Part shown: in pieces, positions 27,140 through 40,983 of the stretch
How the letters are laid out: each line of letters begins with the position of its first letter
How positions within the stretch are numbered: the first letter of the stretch is position 1
Assembly: GCF_009834535.1 (NCBI RefSeq)
Contig: NC_045697.1
Location: 39,062,001-39,126,000 of the forward strand
DNA length: 64,000 nt
Direction: 5' to 3'
Origin: Camelus ferus
Lineage: Eukaryota
Notes under the pieces: generated by a model
Databases searched by the model: none
What the model was told of the DNA's origin: nothing
Seen by the model: only the letters and a program-made list of their open reading frames with translations
Made by a program: the position numbers and the translations under genes

Positions 27140-27940
27140 TTTTTAAAACTTTTTTTTTTTATTGAGTTATAGTCATAGTCATTTTACAATGTTGTGCCAA
27201 ATTCCAGTGTAGAGCACAATTTTTCAGTTATACATGAACATACATATATTCATTGTCACATTTTTTTTTCACTGTGAGCTACCACAAGATCTTGTATATA
27301 TTTCCCTGTGCTATACAATATAATCTTGTTTATCTATTCTACATATGCCTGTCAGTCTACAAATTTTGAAATCCCAATCTATCCCTTCCCACCCCCCACC
27401 CCCTTGGCAACACAAGTTTGTATTCTATGTCTGTGAGTCTGTTTCTCTTGTATTCATGTTCTTTTTTTTTTAGATTCCACATATGAGCGATCTCATATGA
27501 TACGGTATTTTTCTTTCTCTTTCTGGCTTACTTCACTTAGAATGACATTCTTCAGTCACATCCATGTTGCTGCAATTGGCGTAATGTTGTCATTTTTTAT
27601 GGCTGAATTGTATTCTATTGTATAAATATACCACCTCTTCTTTATCCAGTCATCTGTCAATGGACATTTAGGCTGTTTCCATTTCTTGGCTATTGCAAAT
27701 AGTGCTGCTATGAACATTGGAGTGCAGGTGTCTTTTTGAAGTAGGGTTCCTTCTGGATAAATGCCCAGGAGCGGGATTCCTGGGTCATACGGTAAGTCTA
27801 TTCCTAGTCTTTTGAGGAATCTCCATACTGTTTTCCACAGTGGCTGCACTAAACTGCTTTCCCACCAGCAGTGTAGTAGGGTTCCCTTTTCTCCACAGCC
27901 TCTCCAGCATTTGTTATTTATGGACTCTTGAATGATGGCT
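27140..27940 (-). mobile_element. Relatively young L1 3' fragment
   Basis: ORF 27556-27849 is the L1 ORF2 C-terminus ([12 protein letters not shown]...[12 protein letters not shown]...PMFIAALF), followed by 3' UTR and poly-A on the minus strand. Confidence 0.93.
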
Positions 27941-30159
27941 AGAGAATTAACTACTGTTAATTGCTTGATACTAACTCTTTACCTCCTTATGTGTATGGTA
28001 TTAATGCTTGATTTCTATGCTTTTTACATAACTGGAATTATTGACATTCTGCAATGAGTAGAATTTGGAGATCTTTGTCAGTATTTAGGACCTTTCCCAT
28101 TCTTTATAACTATTGCATAATGTTTCATTGTATGGATATATATGATTTAATCACTTTAATTATTGCCAAAATTGGTTAACATTCTGGAATTACTTTGAGA
28201 GTGGACACCATGTGAAGTGAGTGGTTCAGGGGACCCATAATACCTGATAACCTTACAGTTATGTTTATGCTTGTGTTCTTAAGATAGAAGTTGTTTCAGA
28301 TTTGCTGTAGTAATCAGGTCTTGTACTCTTTATGTTGAAGGTTTTTTTTTTTTTTTTTTTTGACATAGAAGATGTATATATTCAAGATGTTTAATTTAGT
28401 GTTGCTTAAATGATGAACAACATGTTCATTTAACATTCAGCATTGATAGGGTAGGGATTAGCCCCATGGCACTCAGCTAACATTACTGAGGGGAATTAAT
28501 TATCCACATGTTGGTATATTAGGGGATTACAATTTAATGAGACAGAAGTCCCTGCTAGAGCATAAGCTGTAATGGTTGCTGGAATTAGCCATGTCTGGTG
28601 GACCAGTGTGGAGAATCCAGCAGGAGTTTTACTTGCATGGAATAACAGAGACTTTTCTGATGAAATATAGCACAGCTTAAAGATACTGACAGGCAAGTTT
28701 GCCCAGTAACAAGCATAGGACCTTCAGTTAGTAATCCTTTTGTAAGTACCAGGCACTCTTCTAAGCACATCACATTAACGCTTAATCCTGTCAACATCCC
28801 GAAGAAGTAGATTGTTATTCCCACTTTGCTTCCTACAGACAAATTGCCTGATGTCACACAAGTAGGAAGTGGCAGGTCTGCATCACAGTGCCTTTCAGAG
28901 TAAGTGAAGAATGTTATGTGGGGAAATGTGTGCTGTAATAAATACAAGAAGCAATTAGGATGGTGGTCAAAGGGATTTCAGCCTAAGTTAATGTATTAAT
29001 TACATTAACATGATATAGAGGGCACTCTTTAAACAGGCCCCCCTCTATATTGTAACATCTAGCTAGTTTATATTTACTGAAGACCATAAGAAGCTTACCA
29101 CCAGTAGTCAGATTAATTTTACCTTTTTGAGGTGAAAGAAAACTAGTGTAAAACAGTTGTTCCCTGATTCCATTGATGCCTGGTTCTGACATAAAGCATA
29201 AGCTGGCATTTTTAGATACACCGTGATATTCATTATGTGGGTAGCTATTTAAAAACGTCAGAACGTATCATCATGTAAAGGTAAGAACTGGATTTACTTT
29301 AAAACATCCTTGGTTCTTGGGCCCTGTGAGCCTGCTGTATTGTACACCCTGATATTTATCCCATCTAATCTGTTTATTAGAATGTCACTCAAGTTGCAGA
29401 CCCTTGGCAGCAGGTACCTGTCTCCCGGTCTCCCAGAATCCACTAGGAGTGGTGGAGACACACAGCAACAGGCTGTCCACTCTAGACAGCAGGAAGTGGT
29501 AAGAGCAACAAACGTGCCCATGTGGGTTTCTGTCTGCTTGTTTGGCATCAGAGATGGAGAAATGCTGATAGGTGGCCAATGTGAGGAGAGGGACTTTTCC
29601 ATCCCAGGTCACTCCGCCCCTCCCCTTGGTTGTAGAATCAGGAAAAGGAAGGGTTTGTAGGGCCTCAGTGTTGTCAGTTTGGATTCTGTCTAAAACCTCC
29701 TTTCTCCTTGGAGAGTGATAGGATGCTATTTAGAGATGTTAAGGTCCTTCATACCTGTGTTCACACTACCTCCTCTAACAAGACCATGCAGGTAACTGAC
29801 TTCCCGAGGTAGCTTTCTGCTAGTCTGAGTACTCCTTGAGGGTTGTTTGGATGGGAGAGGAGATAGCCTAGATTTGCATCTGAATGGGTTTTTTCTCATT
29901 TTAAATCTGTGAGCGTAAGACATACACAGTTAAGAACAAACCATTCCTAAAAGATGTATGATAAAATCAAAATTCAACAGCTTGATGCTCCCTTGTTTCT
30001 GCAGTCATGTAGCTGCTCTATGTATCTTGACTCTTGAAATAAATTGAAGTCGGCATCAATTTTCTCATTTGATAAATAGACAGTGGAGTCTCTTCATATG
30101 GGTCAGAACACATAGCATGTTATTCTGCATCTTCCTCAAGGTGATGAACATGCTGAGAC

Positions 30160-30585
30160 CTTGTGGTGGACAAAAGTGGCCACAGATTCTTTGCAGTCAG
30201 CTTGAATGTGTGCTGCTGTTGCGACTTTCTTTGACCAATACAGTGCAGCAGAGTGACACTGCGTGATTTCTGAGCTCCACTCTCCAGAGGCCTTGCAGTG
30301 TCTACTCTCATGCTCTTTCTGAGCGCGATCACCTTGTGCACAAGCCTGAACTGGCCCACTTTAGGAGGAGATCATAGGTGAGAGTGACCCAGGGAAACAG
30401 ACCCAGGTTTCCCAGCTCTAAGAACATCCCAGCTGAAGTTCCTGACATGGAGTGAGGTATGCAAATGCATGTCCCCATAGAGCAGAAGAACCCCCAGATC
30501 AAACTGCCAAACTAAAGGGTGGGAGCAAATGTAAGCTCAAGCCACTAAGTTTTGGGGTGGTTAATTACTCAGCAGTAGATGTGGC
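30160..30585 (+). mobile_element. MaLR (MLT1-like) solo LTR
   Basis: Begins TGTGGTGGACAAAAGTGGCCAC, ends AAGCCACTAAGTTTTGGGGTGGTT...CAGCAGTAGAT. Confidence 0.6.
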
Positions 30586-31129
30586 TACAAACCTAATTAT
30601 GCCCTCAATCTAGTTAAAAAAAGCATTTCCAATTGACAAATGAGCAACTACACGTAGAAGAGACTGAAGCCATGCTGAACAGGGGAGTTTGTGGGTGCAT
30701 GGGACCATTAAGCATTGTTTTCCTTTGTTGACCAGTCTCATCCACATTCCCATGTTACAAATCTTCAACACATTCCTCAGAATTCCCTCTCCCTAATAGC
30801 CTTACTTGTGCACAGAAAAAGATAACTTTCTTTAGCTAGTGTTTCAATAAAATACATCTTCTGTCTGATATTTTAGGGAAAGTAGTACCCATTTTTCTAA
30901 TTTTCCTTCCTGTTGAATATTTAACCAGAGTTTCTAAGGAATCATTTTAGGCCTGACGTTAATTGCTGAGGAAAACAGAGATAACTAAAAAGATTTTAAC
31001 TGGGCAAACAGGATCCCATTTTAGTGAAAGTAAGATACAAAAAGGAACGGGAAACAAGAGGACTCCTATACAAGTAGAAAAGGCAAGTCATTTAAACAAG
31101 TCCACGCCAAATTTCTTCCCCCTATTTTA

Positions 31130-31435
31130 TTTATTTATATATTTTTAATTGAAGTATAGTCAGGTACAATGTGTCAATCTCTGGTGTACAGCATAATGTC
31201 CCAGTCATACATACACATATATTCAATTCATTTTTATATACTTTTTCACTAAATGTTATTATAAGATACTGAGTATAGTTCCCTGTGCTATACAGAAGAA
31301 ACTTGGTTTTTTTAAAATCTATTTCTATATATAGTAGTTAATATTTGCAAATCTTTATTTAACCCCCAAATTTATCCCTTCCCACCCCCTTTTCCCCCTG
31401 GTAACCATAAGATTGTTTACTATGTCTGCGAGTCT
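31130..31435 (-). mobile_element. L1 3' end fragment
   Basis: TTTTTAATTGAAGTATAGTC...CCCTGTGCTATACAG...GGTAACCATAAG. Confidence 0.75.
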
Positions 31436-34400
31436 CAAATTTGGTTTTTGAAGCTATTTGATTTGTGAATAAATAGGGACCTCCAGTTTTTCTGTCGCTT
31501 AATAGGGCCAGGATTTTGAATCACAGCTTTTTTCAGATAGTTTAATGGTGTAATTCTTTGGATGTTTGCATTTCAAATTTACTGTGTATGTAATTTCCTA
31601 TTTTCTTAATCAGAATTTTGTGGGTCAGGATCTCCACCCATGCTGTGATCTGTCCGTGGTACTTGGCAAAGCTCACCAGCAATGTGAAAAGACTCCCAGC
31701 TGGCCATGAAAGCAGGTTTATTTGATTTAAAACTACCTAAGATGGTAAGACAGCATGGAAATTACCCTGGGACCCTAGTTTAGGTTTGGGCAGCATTGCT
31801 GGAGTAAGACAGCAAGGATGTAGCACATCAGACACACGCACACATGCACACACACGTACATACTGGCTTTGAGAAATATTCTTCTCAGGCTGGAATTGTA
31901 TATGAGGGGATTCAAAGGAAGCTAGAAAGGGAACTAAGAGGCAGTGACAGTGTCTCCAAGGACATTGTGTCATTACCTCTGCAGGTCTTCAAAGTAGGTT
32001 GCCTTTCTTTTCTGAAATAACACGTTTCCCTCGTAAGGCTGAAAAGTTCCTTCCTTTAGACTTGGGAGGGGCTCTGGTGTACAGAGGAAGTATTGTGCGG
32101 TGGTTGAAAACCTGGGTGTTGGTGGAACCGTTTTGCATTGTGATTGTGGTTGTTATTCAATGAACCTATACGTATGTTAAAACTCATAAAACTGTACATT
32201 GAAAAGAAAAAACGGTCAGTTTTACTGTATAATTAAACAGCCCCACAGGGTGCTGGGGCTTGTGTCTGTTTGAATCAAGCTCTGTTGCTCATTAGTTGCG
32301 TGATGCTGGGCAAGTTACTTGTGCCTTGGCTTCCTCATCTCTAAATAGAAGTAGTAACATATGTACCTCCTGCATGGGGTTGTTCTAAGGATTCAGGTAA
32401 CACATGTAAAGTGCTTAAAACAGTGCCCAGCCCCTTGTACCTGCCAAATAGGGCTAGCTACTATTATAAGAAAGTAAAGGAATAAAAAGAAGGTATATGG
32501 TCTACCGTATGATTACAGCAGCCATGAATATTCTGAAATACAATTATCCTGAGATACTTTCCTTTAGGCAGGAAAGGAAAAAACTTGAGAAAGGTGTCAG
32601 TGTTACTAAGCAAATTAAGTCTGCTGTTTTTCAGGGAAGGTAAAAACCAACCAAACAAAAACCTCCCTTGTTCTAATTCATTCACTCATGCAATGATTAC
32701 CTGCTATTTTCCAGGCGCTTACTGAAAACATAGAAGAGATCTTGGCAGTCACTCACTTTCAAAATCACCTGATGATGTGGTCTCTAGTACATGCGTGTCT
32801 TTTTTGAGTGTGTGGCCTCAGTTTTCTCAAATTTACCAACACTACTGATCAGAGATACTGACAGTGTCTGTGATTAATATCATACCTATTGCACCTACCA
32901 GTGAGACTATTGAGACCAAAGAAACTCATCCACTAGGTGATTACTCAGAAGGTAAATTCTGAGAATTATCCAATAACTGAAAGGAAGCTTCTGAAAAACA
33001 GGAACCTGAGATCCAAGTGATGGGTATATTAAGTATGCTCTAGACTTAGGAGTGTTTAGATCATGAAACTCTGGTACTAAATGAGAGACTATTGATGGTC
33101 TTTGACATGAAGGGAAAAAGTGAGGCATCATTCCTACATGGTGTTGGAATATTAATCTTCAGCTGTTTCCCAGCCACTACAGGATATCAATGGGCAGACA
33201 ACGTGACAGAGACATTAAGAGCAAGTAGAGGTGCTATCTGTTCAATTCACATGAGTCTGAAGTCTTGTTTTTTATTGTTTAAACATTACTCTTTGACAGT
33301 TGTGAGAAAACAATCCCCCTGGGAAGAGGAGAGCAGCCAAGAGAAAATGGAACAGTCTGAGAAGGAGTGGAAATGATTGTATTGTTCCACGAGACAGAGC
33401 CAAGTGGGAGGGAAGCCAGGGTAAATGATCAGAGGCTGGTCTACAAAACAGCTCACCTTAGCTTGAGTGCTGGGTGCCTATGCAGTGGAGCAGTAACCAC
33501 TCTGCCATGTCTGGCACAGCTGGAGCTCCAAGTTAGTCATCTGTAGGAAACTCACCTTGATCTCCATTTTGCAAGAAGTGTCTGAATGATCAGGAAACAC
33601 AAGCACACATGATTGCATCTGTACTCCACTTCTTGGTTATCATGGGAAGTGTCACAAGTAACATAAACAAATTTAGACTCTGGGGAACTACGCAGATAAG
33701 GCCTAATGATTGGTAGGGCTCGCCTTTTGTAGTGATAAAAAATACAAGATCTATGTTAAACTTCACTTTGTCTCTAATGTTGAAGAAAATGCTGTTTTAA
33801 AGAGAGGGAAAGAGATATGATGGAACTTTTATGAATAAAACTGCATTTAATGTCACAGAAGTCAAAAAGCCCTTTGATGAATCTTACTTTATGTATCACG
33901 AATACAAAAGCAGTGACATTCTGAACACCACAAGGGTGCAGATCCAAGTAAACAAACTATTATAAACTTGCTTAATGGTTTTCTAGCCCCTCAAAACAAC
34001 CTCTGTTTTGTGGCAGTGAGGGGGCTGTGCTGACACATTGCCATTAATTTCTCCACTTTAGTAATTCCTGCTGCCATAGTGTAAATGATAGGGATCAAGC
34101 GCAGTCTTCAAACTAAGATTAATGGATTAAGAAGTATCCATAAACTTACTTAAGGTTAGAAACCAACACAGTAAAAAAAAAACTTTCTTACTGCAAAATC
34201 CACTGTTGACCAGTTGGATAGACCAGCCCCGATCCTGGGCTGCATTAGGTTGGCCCAATGTGGAGTAAATTAATAGCAGATCCTAGTGGTGGTTCTCCAC
34301 TGTCTATGCACAGAGAGTCTTCTTCGGTCTGAGGTACTGTAACCACCATTTACCTGGCTTTCTTGCCTGTTTTTGCTGAGAATCATGAAACATTAGGATT

Positions 34401-35438
34401 GAGAAATATCTAGTGTTATTCCCTCATTTTATAGATGAGAAAATTAAAACCCAAAGACATTAATATAACCAGGAAAACTAAAACTTACTTAGTAAATTGC
34501 ACTATTTGAAACTCCTAGCAATATACCTTGGAACATTTTTAGATATGCTTCAGTCAAGCTTTATAAAACAAAGCCATTAAATTTTAGAGGTAAAAGAGTT
34601 TTAAGAATATAAATTATGAATGTTTAAAAACTGAATTTTTGCTAGTCAAGAGGCCAAAAAGCCTAAGGATAAGATAAGGAAGGAGAACTGATTTGCCTTC
34701 TAATATACATATTAATAAGTTATCAGAGTAGAGACAACATTCGTTTTTGGGTTCTGAATTTCTCCATAAATGCCAAGTTTACCTTATTTTCTTCATTTTA
34801 ATCTAAAGATTTAGGTCTAAGCTCCAGTAAACAGAAGATAGAAATATAATGGCCACAATTTTAATTTGTAAAAATAATGGTATTTCTGTCCAAAATAAAC
34901 AACTATATATCAACTACCAGTGAATTTTCCCTACTTAGGAGGCCACCGATTGTAGAGGGTGGGTATGGAAACTTCAGGGATATGTCTCAATTGTCGCAAT
35001 GAGGGATGGGGCAGGAGAGTTGCTACTGGCATTTAGTGTCTAGGGATGAAGAATACTAGAAACTTACATGTAATTTATACACAAAGAACTACCTTCCCCA
35101 AGATACCAATAGTCTTCACCTTGAAACATGATGGAAGTGAGATCTACAAAGTTTTCACAAGTTGCATATGAAAATATTAACCCTTTATTCTAAGATGAGT
35201 GACTGAGTGAGGCCAGAGTGTACACAGTGACAGAGAACAAGGGACTGTCAAGCAGTTCATGCTAAACCTGAGTCTACAGGTTGCTTCTGGATCTGCATTT
35301 CAGGCCAGTTTACTTTATAAGCATTTATCTCAACAATGAGATCTGGGACTTGACTCATTAATTGTTCATTGTACCACGGTATAGTGCCACTGACTCAACT
35401 AGGAGTATCTAAATGAAAAGATTTGTGACTGATGTAAC

Positions 35439-35514
35439 TTTTTTTTAACAATTTTTATTGATTTATAATCATTTTACAATGTTGTGTCAAATTCCAGTGT
35501 AGAGCACAATTTTC
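35439..35514 (-). mobile_element. Very short L1 3' insertion
   Basis: Nearly identical to the start of the 27.1-kb L1; TSD TGACTGATGTAAC / TGACTGACGTAAC. Confidence 0.75.
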
Positions 35515-36129
35515 TGACTGACGTAACGTTATGCCATGTTTACAGGCAAATGTTGATAAAATGGTTAGTGTTCTGATACTTGGAGAATAGACTTCAGATT
35601 TCAGGAAGATGTAACTTGAATCCTTTTTTGTCTTAAGATTTTCAGGTACTTTTAGATTATGTAAGGTAAACTTCTAATTGTTCTCCATCATCTATTCGCC
35701 CCTTCTTAATAAAAATCTGAAATCCTCATTTCCCTCCACTCCCCTAGCTTCCCTGTGGGGCTTGTGGCCATGTAACTCTTGACCAATGGATGATGTCATG
35801 TCTGCAACTTCCAGCTTCCCCCTTCTTTTAAACAGGGGAGCTGTGTGCTCTTCATTCTCTTCTCCTCTTTCCACTTGCTGCAAAAGATGACAACTTGAGC
35901 AACCACCGTGGAGCCAGAGATGGAAGCCATGGAGTGCTCCCCCTGTTGGGTCCTGAGGTGACTTCATGAAGCAAAGCCACTTAATTCTATCTCATTTAAG
36001 CCAATGTATTTTGGAAAAACTGCTTTTCTGCCAATTCTTTCATATGCTAACTGCTAAGTTGCTCTCTCAACTAGACTCCAAATAAGAAATGCCATCTGGT
36101 CTCAGTTAAAAATAGTAGCAGAAGTACAT

Positions 36130-36373
36130 CAAGAGTGAACCCTAATGTAAACTATGGACTTCGGTTGATAATAACGTGCCCATGTTGGTTCATCAATTGT
36201 ACCAAGTATGCCACACTGATGAGGGATGTTGAGGGTAGGGGAGTATATATGTGTGGATGGGGTTCGCTATGTGCAAACTCTGTATTTTCTGCTCAATTTT
36301 GTTGTGAACCTGAAACTGATCTAAAAGAATAAAGTCTATTAAAAAATAATAATAGTAAAAAAAAAAAAAAAAA
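36130..36373 (+). mobile_element. L1M 3' UTR end with poly-A
   Basis: GTGAACCCTAATGTAAACTATGGACTT...TGTGAACCTGAAACTG...AATAAAG then A-run. Confidence 0.75.
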
Positions 36374-36549
36374 GTAGCGGGAGAAATCCGAATGTAGCAG
36401 AACTCCTTTTTAGAGTTCTGCTAGGTGTATTTGGGTCACAGACAAACACATATATGCACTATACAAAAAAGCAGCTTGTGTTTAGAAATTCAGTACTTTA
36501 AAGAGAGGCATCATCCAGAGTAGTTTAAAAAGGGGAAGGTGGGGGTTGC

Positions 36550-36555
36550 TTTATT
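36550..36555 (-). terminator. NOA1: Relic NOA1 polyadenylation signal
   Basis: AATAAA on minus strand about 85 nt after the end of the exon 7 reading frame. Confidence 0.55.
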
Positions 36556-36638
36556 ACGGTGATATTTAACAAAATTCAACGTACGTAGTATGTTCTATAT
36601 GGTTAATCTTCAATGTGAACAAGGTCAGCTTCGTATAT

Positions 36639-36841
36639 TTATCTTCTTTTCTTTTTCTGCAGATTGTACACAAGGGAAGGAGGCTTCTTGGTTTTATAGG
36701 CCGTGCTTCTTGGGATGCACTCTCCTGTGATGTTGACGATATGTGGTAAGAGCGGGGGCCGGACCGTCAGTACTGTTCCTTGAGGTGTATAGCCTCAGAG
36801 GTGCAGTCTGTCTTTAAACTGAGGCGTTACTGTGACCCAGC
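36639..36841 (-). pseudogene. NOA1: psi-NOA1 exon 7
   Basis: [46 protein letters not shown]...[13 protein letters not shown]; premature TGA at 36797-36795 (probably CGA>TGA). Confidence 0.92.
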
Positions 36842-37150
36842 CTATGCAGGCACAGGGCAGAGCACAAATGCTGTTTGCAACCACCTTACCAAAAACACCA
36901 AACACAGCTCAGAATGGAGACCCAAAGGAGGCTGCTGTTGTCTTTCACTCATTTTTTTTTTTAAAACATACAATGCATTTGTGAAAAGGTACAAATTTAT
37001 TTTCAGAGTAGCTTGCATCTTATGAATAAACTACTATGTATTTCTTAAAATACTCTGCTATGTCATTTAAGGTACATTTGTATAAAAATGTACTATAAGT
37101 TAGTAAGGCTACTTTATTTTCCTTTTAAAAAGTGCTTGGTGTAAAATTAC

Positions 37151-37253
37151 CTGCAGAGGAGAACTTGGTATCAGCCACTGCTTCAGATTCCCCAGGTCCT
37201 TCGTCTAATGTAATGTCTTCAGCAACAAGAGGAGGAAATCCTGCCATTCTTTC
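37151..37253 (-). pseudogene. NOA1: psi-NOA1 exon 6 (5' end and acceptor deleted)
   Basis: [41 protein letters not shown]; pyrimidine tract runs into CATG GAA with no AG, and about 6 codons (IPMGGK in human) are absent. Confidence 0.88.
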
Positions 37254-37407
37254 CATGAGGAGAAAATGAAGATATTTGGAAGTTCACATTAAACACCTCA
37301 TAACTCTAAGTAAAGCACTGATAAGATAATTCTGGGAAGGTACCAAGAATAAAATCTTTTTAAACATTAAACTGTTTAACATTTAAACATTTCAAACACT
37401 CCCAGTG

Positions 37408-37562
37408 GGAGGATACAGCTCAGTGGTAATACGTGTGCTTAGCATGCATGCATGAGGTCCTGGGTTCAATCCCCAGTACCTATAGTTAAAAAAAAAAAAG
37501 AAAGAAAAGAAACCTAATTACCTCCTCCCCTCTCAAAATCAAAATCAAAAAACAAAAAACCC
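37408..37562 (+). mobile_element. tRNA-derived SINE (vic-1-like)
   Basis: A/B boxes; 15-bp TSD CAAACACTCCCAGTG at 37393-37407 and 37563-37577. Confidence 0.9.
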
Positions 37563-38304
37563 CAAACACTCCCAGTGTCAAGGCCCCCCCATGTGGGCAT
37601 CCATCTGGTGGTAACTTCCAGATAACAGAATCTTCCTTTATTAGCTATTTTTACAGCTCTACAGACATAATATTGGGCAATTAAGGCAACACCCTTTCAA
37701 ATACCTTAGCTCTTAAGGGCCTGGCTGGACTGAGATTAATCCCCACCTCATTACAAGTCAAGGGTCCATGTATAATGGATAAGATTCAGTTTCTATTTAC
37801 AGGTGTTTCCATGGATTGGAAGTAACTGGATAATAATTTACCTATTTATTAACAGATCTCTCTGTTTTACAGTAAGGACACCAAGACAGATGTTACAATA
37901 TGGCTTCTGCTCCCAAGTAGATCAGAAGCTGGAAATAACATGTAAACAAATTACAAGGTACAAAATGCAATGAGACATCTATTAAATACTATGGTTGTGG
38001 AGGAAGAAGTAATAAGTGTTTCAGTCAAGGAAAACATTGATGAAGAGCAGTATTTTGAAAAACAGGTTGAAGTTACTCAGTGGAAAGGTATTCTGGGTTA
38101 GAATCATGTACAGACACCAAGACTGAAAAGAAGATGAGTTCAGGGAACTGTAGTTTAATTTGTGGGGGTGTGTGTGCACACGTGTATTAGTTATGAGACT
38201 TCTCTCAGTACTGTGGAGCTACCAAGGAATTTTAAGTAGGAAAGAAGTAAGGATAAAAAAAGAATACTGTGACTTGTTTCGTATTTTGGAAAAATCTCCC
38301 TAGT

Positions 38305-38497
38305 TCAGGGCTTCTCAACCTCAATACTGTTGACATTTTTGGCTGAATAATTCTTTGTCAGGGGGAGGCTGTCCTGTGCATTGCACAAATTTTAGGAGCT
38401 TCTGCTCAGCATCCCTTAAATTATGAAACCAAAAGTGTCTCCAGGCTTTGCCAGATGGCCCCTTGGGCTAAGAGTCAACCCTGGTTGAGAACCACAG
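38305..38497 (+). mobile_element. MER20-like hAT MITE
   Basis: CAGGGCTTCTCAACCTC...GGCTGTCCTGTGCATTG...GGTTGAGAACCACAG. Confidence 0.7.
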
Positions 38498-39844
38498 CTC
38501 TAGTGGGGTAGGGTAGGAGGAGGGCAGTAAAAACTGGAAGCTGAGAAAATAAGGATCAAAAACAGCCTAGTGTAAGCAGCTTGCTTAAAGTGCAAGGCTG
38601 GATTCAGGGATATTAGGAGGCAGGACAGACTTGGACTTAGGAGATGGGTAAGAAAACTAGGAGGCAAGAATGAGTTTCAGAGCAGCCCAAGAAACCATTT
38701 GTGCTTACACTGGGAGGGAGAGAAGCCTGGGATTCTTGTTTTGAGAAGTATCAGGGATGTCCATTTTGAAAACTACATAGATGCATGAGGGTAGACCACC
38801 ACAGTGTTCATTTTTATGAGAGCCAAACAAATTAAGGCTGTTTCCTTTCCTAGAAATCTCAATCTGCATTTCAACTTGTATGTTATTGTTTTACCCAAAA
38901 AGAAAACAAATCTAACAGAACTAAGGTCTTTTAGTGTAGAAAAATGGACAGATCCTTTATTGCTCCTTACATTTATATGCTCACTACTCTGCAACTCCTG
39001 CATGTCTCTGGAGTATTAACTTTAGGGCAGTTATTTCAAAAGAGTTTTAATTTCACTCTGGCTTCCTTAGGAAATCCAGAGAGAAAGCAGCATTTACTCC
39101 TCAAGTCAGGTTGATTTTATCCTCATTGAAGGGTGTGTGTATATTTTGCATGTTGACTTATTTTTGGTTGCATGAGCATTAGTTAATGGTAAATCACCTC
39201 TGCACTGGATGCACCTGCTATTTTTGCAGTAAATACGTCCCATCATCATCATCCGAGATACTTACATAGCAGTTACAACAGTGCCCTGGAACTTAATCTT
39301 CTCCACAACCTTGTGACATAGGTACAAGGGACAGAGGTGAAGGAAACTTGCCTAAAGTCACACAGCTTTGTTAAGTGGTGGAGCAGAGCGGGATTTGAAC
39401 CCAGTGGTTCCAATGATCTTAACTGTTATACACTAGCCAACAGTGTCTACAGCATGTCTGGTTAGAGCTGAACAGTCCCCACTCAGTCTATGGAGAACTT
39501 AGTAAGAACAATTTCAGTGGCACAGAAAGGGCCAAACACAGACTGCAGAGGATGGGATGTGAGGAGCAGGAATAAGCTAGATTGTGAAGAGAAGGAATGA
39601 GCAGAACACTGAGTTTTGTTTTGTTTTTTTAAAGGTCACAGAAGATTTTTTTTAATCATGTGAAATAACGTTTATTGCTACCAATTATATAATCAGTATG
39701 TTTCTTGAGGAAAATTTGGAAAATATTCATATACACGAAAATAAAAACTATCTCAAATCCTAGTAACCAGAGAGACTAATAGTTAACATTTCATTTAACA
39801 GATAACTGTATTTTAGATCAATTACAGTATTATGCAGACAAACT

Positions 39845-40155
39845 ATTTATTTATGATATGTCAGTTTCAGGTGTACAGCAAAGTGATTCAGTTATACATA
39901 TATATATATACTTTTTGGATTCTTTTCCATTATAGATTATTACAAGATATTGAATATAGTTTCCTGTGCTATACAGTAGGTCCTTGTTGTTTATCCATTT
40001 TAATATATAGTAAGTGTGTATCTGTTAATCCCAAATTCCTAATTTGTCCCTCCCCCCAGCCCTTTTCCCCTTTGGTAACCATAGTTTGTTTTCTCTGTCT
40101 ATGAGTCTATTTGTGGTTTCTAAATGAGCTCATTTGTATCTTTTTTTTTTAAAAT
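39845..40155 (-). mobile_element. L1 3' end fragment
   Basis: TTTCAGGTGTACAGCAAAGTGATTCAGTTATAC...CCTGTGCTATACAGTAGGTCCTTGTTG. Confidence 0.75.
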
Positions 40156-40866
40156 ACATATAATGCAATCATACGATGCTTGTCTTTCTAAGACTGGAGA
40201 AATTTTAACGCACTACTCATGGGCTGAAGTTAGGAACAAGCAGAGCAGGAGAGAAGAGGTGCGAAACTCTGTGTCTGGGATTAAGAACCTGGGCGGAGAG
40301 CTTTTCCACCCCAACGATGGCTGCTCAATTTTGGCACTTCTGACGTCTTGCACCTGGTAAGTCTTGGCTGTGGGGGCTGTCCTGTGCACTGCAGGATGGT
40401 CAGCATCCTCTCTGGCTTCCCCCTCTAGATGCCAGCAGCACCCCAAGTTGTGAGAATACCTGTAACTTCTCTTCACTCAGCACTATCCAATACAACTTTC
40501 TCCAATGACGTGGCTGCTGGGCAGTTGAAAAGTGGCCACTACAACAGAAGAATTGAATTTTAAATTTTATTTACTTTTAATCAGTTTATTTAAATAGCCA
40601 CATATGGATACCATACTGGATAGTGTCACCTAGAGAAAATCCAGCTCTGTCACTATTCCAGGATCAGTCCAATCCAACATCCCTTTTCTTGTAAGAGTCC
40701 ACCTCACTTTATAGCCAAAATCCTCAAGGTGAACAAGGTCAGGGGAGAGCTAGCTGATGGTATAACAAAGTTGGTTCTGTCCAACAAAGGCTTTCTTAAC
40801 AGGGCTGTGGGACTATCACAGGGGACGTTAACCTAACTGTGCAACTGTCAAAGCCTGTCCTCTCAC

Positions 40867-40983
40867 CTTGAGTAATGTATGACCCGCCCGCTTCTGATAC
40901 AGAGTATCTGCCTTGTCCAAGGAAGTAATGTGCACGGGAAGGAAGTCTGAAGCCACAGCTATAAACCAAGCTGACTGATTTCC
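40867..40983 (-). pseudogene. NOA1: psi-NOA1 exon 5 (frame and splice sites intact)
   Basis: [50 protein letters not shown], 117 nt. Confidence 0.92.

Noticed and set aside
27556..27849. 97-aa ORF as a host gene
   Set aside because: It is the L1 ORF2 C-terminus.
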